The position numbers were made by a program, and so were the translations under genes. Positions 22,230 to 22,343 of a stretch of DNA of 22,343 nt are shown here, piece by piece; the first letter of the stretch is position 1; each line of letters starts with the position of its first letter. This DNA is from Selaginella moellendorffii. Lineage: Eukaryota > Plantae > Lycopodiophyta. Below the pieces are notes generated by a model. It had not been told where the DNA came from. It searched no databases and saw only the letters and a list, made by a program, of their open reading frames with translations. The stretch lies in assembly GCF_000143415.4 (NCBI RefSeq), contig NW_003314262.1, forward strand, positions 4,562,868 through 4,585,210, given 5' to 3'.

Positions 22230-22343
22230 TGTTAGGTGCCAGCTTTGATCACGTGGTCAACGTCGGTCAAAGGAAAGCTCAAGGGTATATTAAGGCATGT
22301 TAGGGTAAGGGACTTAACCTACCCTAGGGCTCACAGTGGAGCG
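22230..22343 (+). repeat. 3' LTR (truncated by window edge)
   Basis: Direct repeat of 17556-17669. Confidence 0.95.

Larger units (their letters stand above)
17556..22343 (+). mobile_element. Ty3/Gypsy LTR retrotransposon, ~4.9 kb, chromovirus-like pol; 3' LTR runs off the window
   Basis: 5' LTR, PBS, gag-PR-RT-RH-INT, PPT and 3' LTR in canonical order. Confidence 0.97.

Overview
Eukaryotic, land-plant-like DNA, probably a non-seed plant such as a lycophyte or fern (inferred from a PLS-type PPR fragment and very short introns). It is made mostly of decayed, nested retroelements with a C>T/G>A mutation signature. In order: (i) several copies or fragments of a ~1.3-kb LTR-like repeat carrying a hexamer VNTR (205-2945, 14525-15563, 16487-17555 minus); (ii) an AT-rich spacer with a PPR-gene remnant; (iii) a 5'-truncated non-chromovirus-like Ty3/Gypsy element (RNase H end, integrase, long extra 3' ORF, PPT, LTR; 4472-9281); (iv) a complete 599-bp TRIM (15796-16394 minus); (v) a compact Ty3/Gypsy element with 224-bp LTRs (17556 to window end). 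The stand-out is a decayed, intron-containing gene at ~10558-14151 that the ORF track misses. Splicing five 52-65-nt GT-AG introns and reading through stops gives an N-terminal ParB/Srx-like domain (FFIIDGNHR) fused to a C-terminal beta-class DNA amino-methyltransferase (N6A/N4C type), an architecture familiar from bacteria and phages. It is preceded by a plant-style TATA promoter and an array of seven ~60-bp hairpins with GNRA-type loops. All protein assignments are by eye from motifs; no searches were run.
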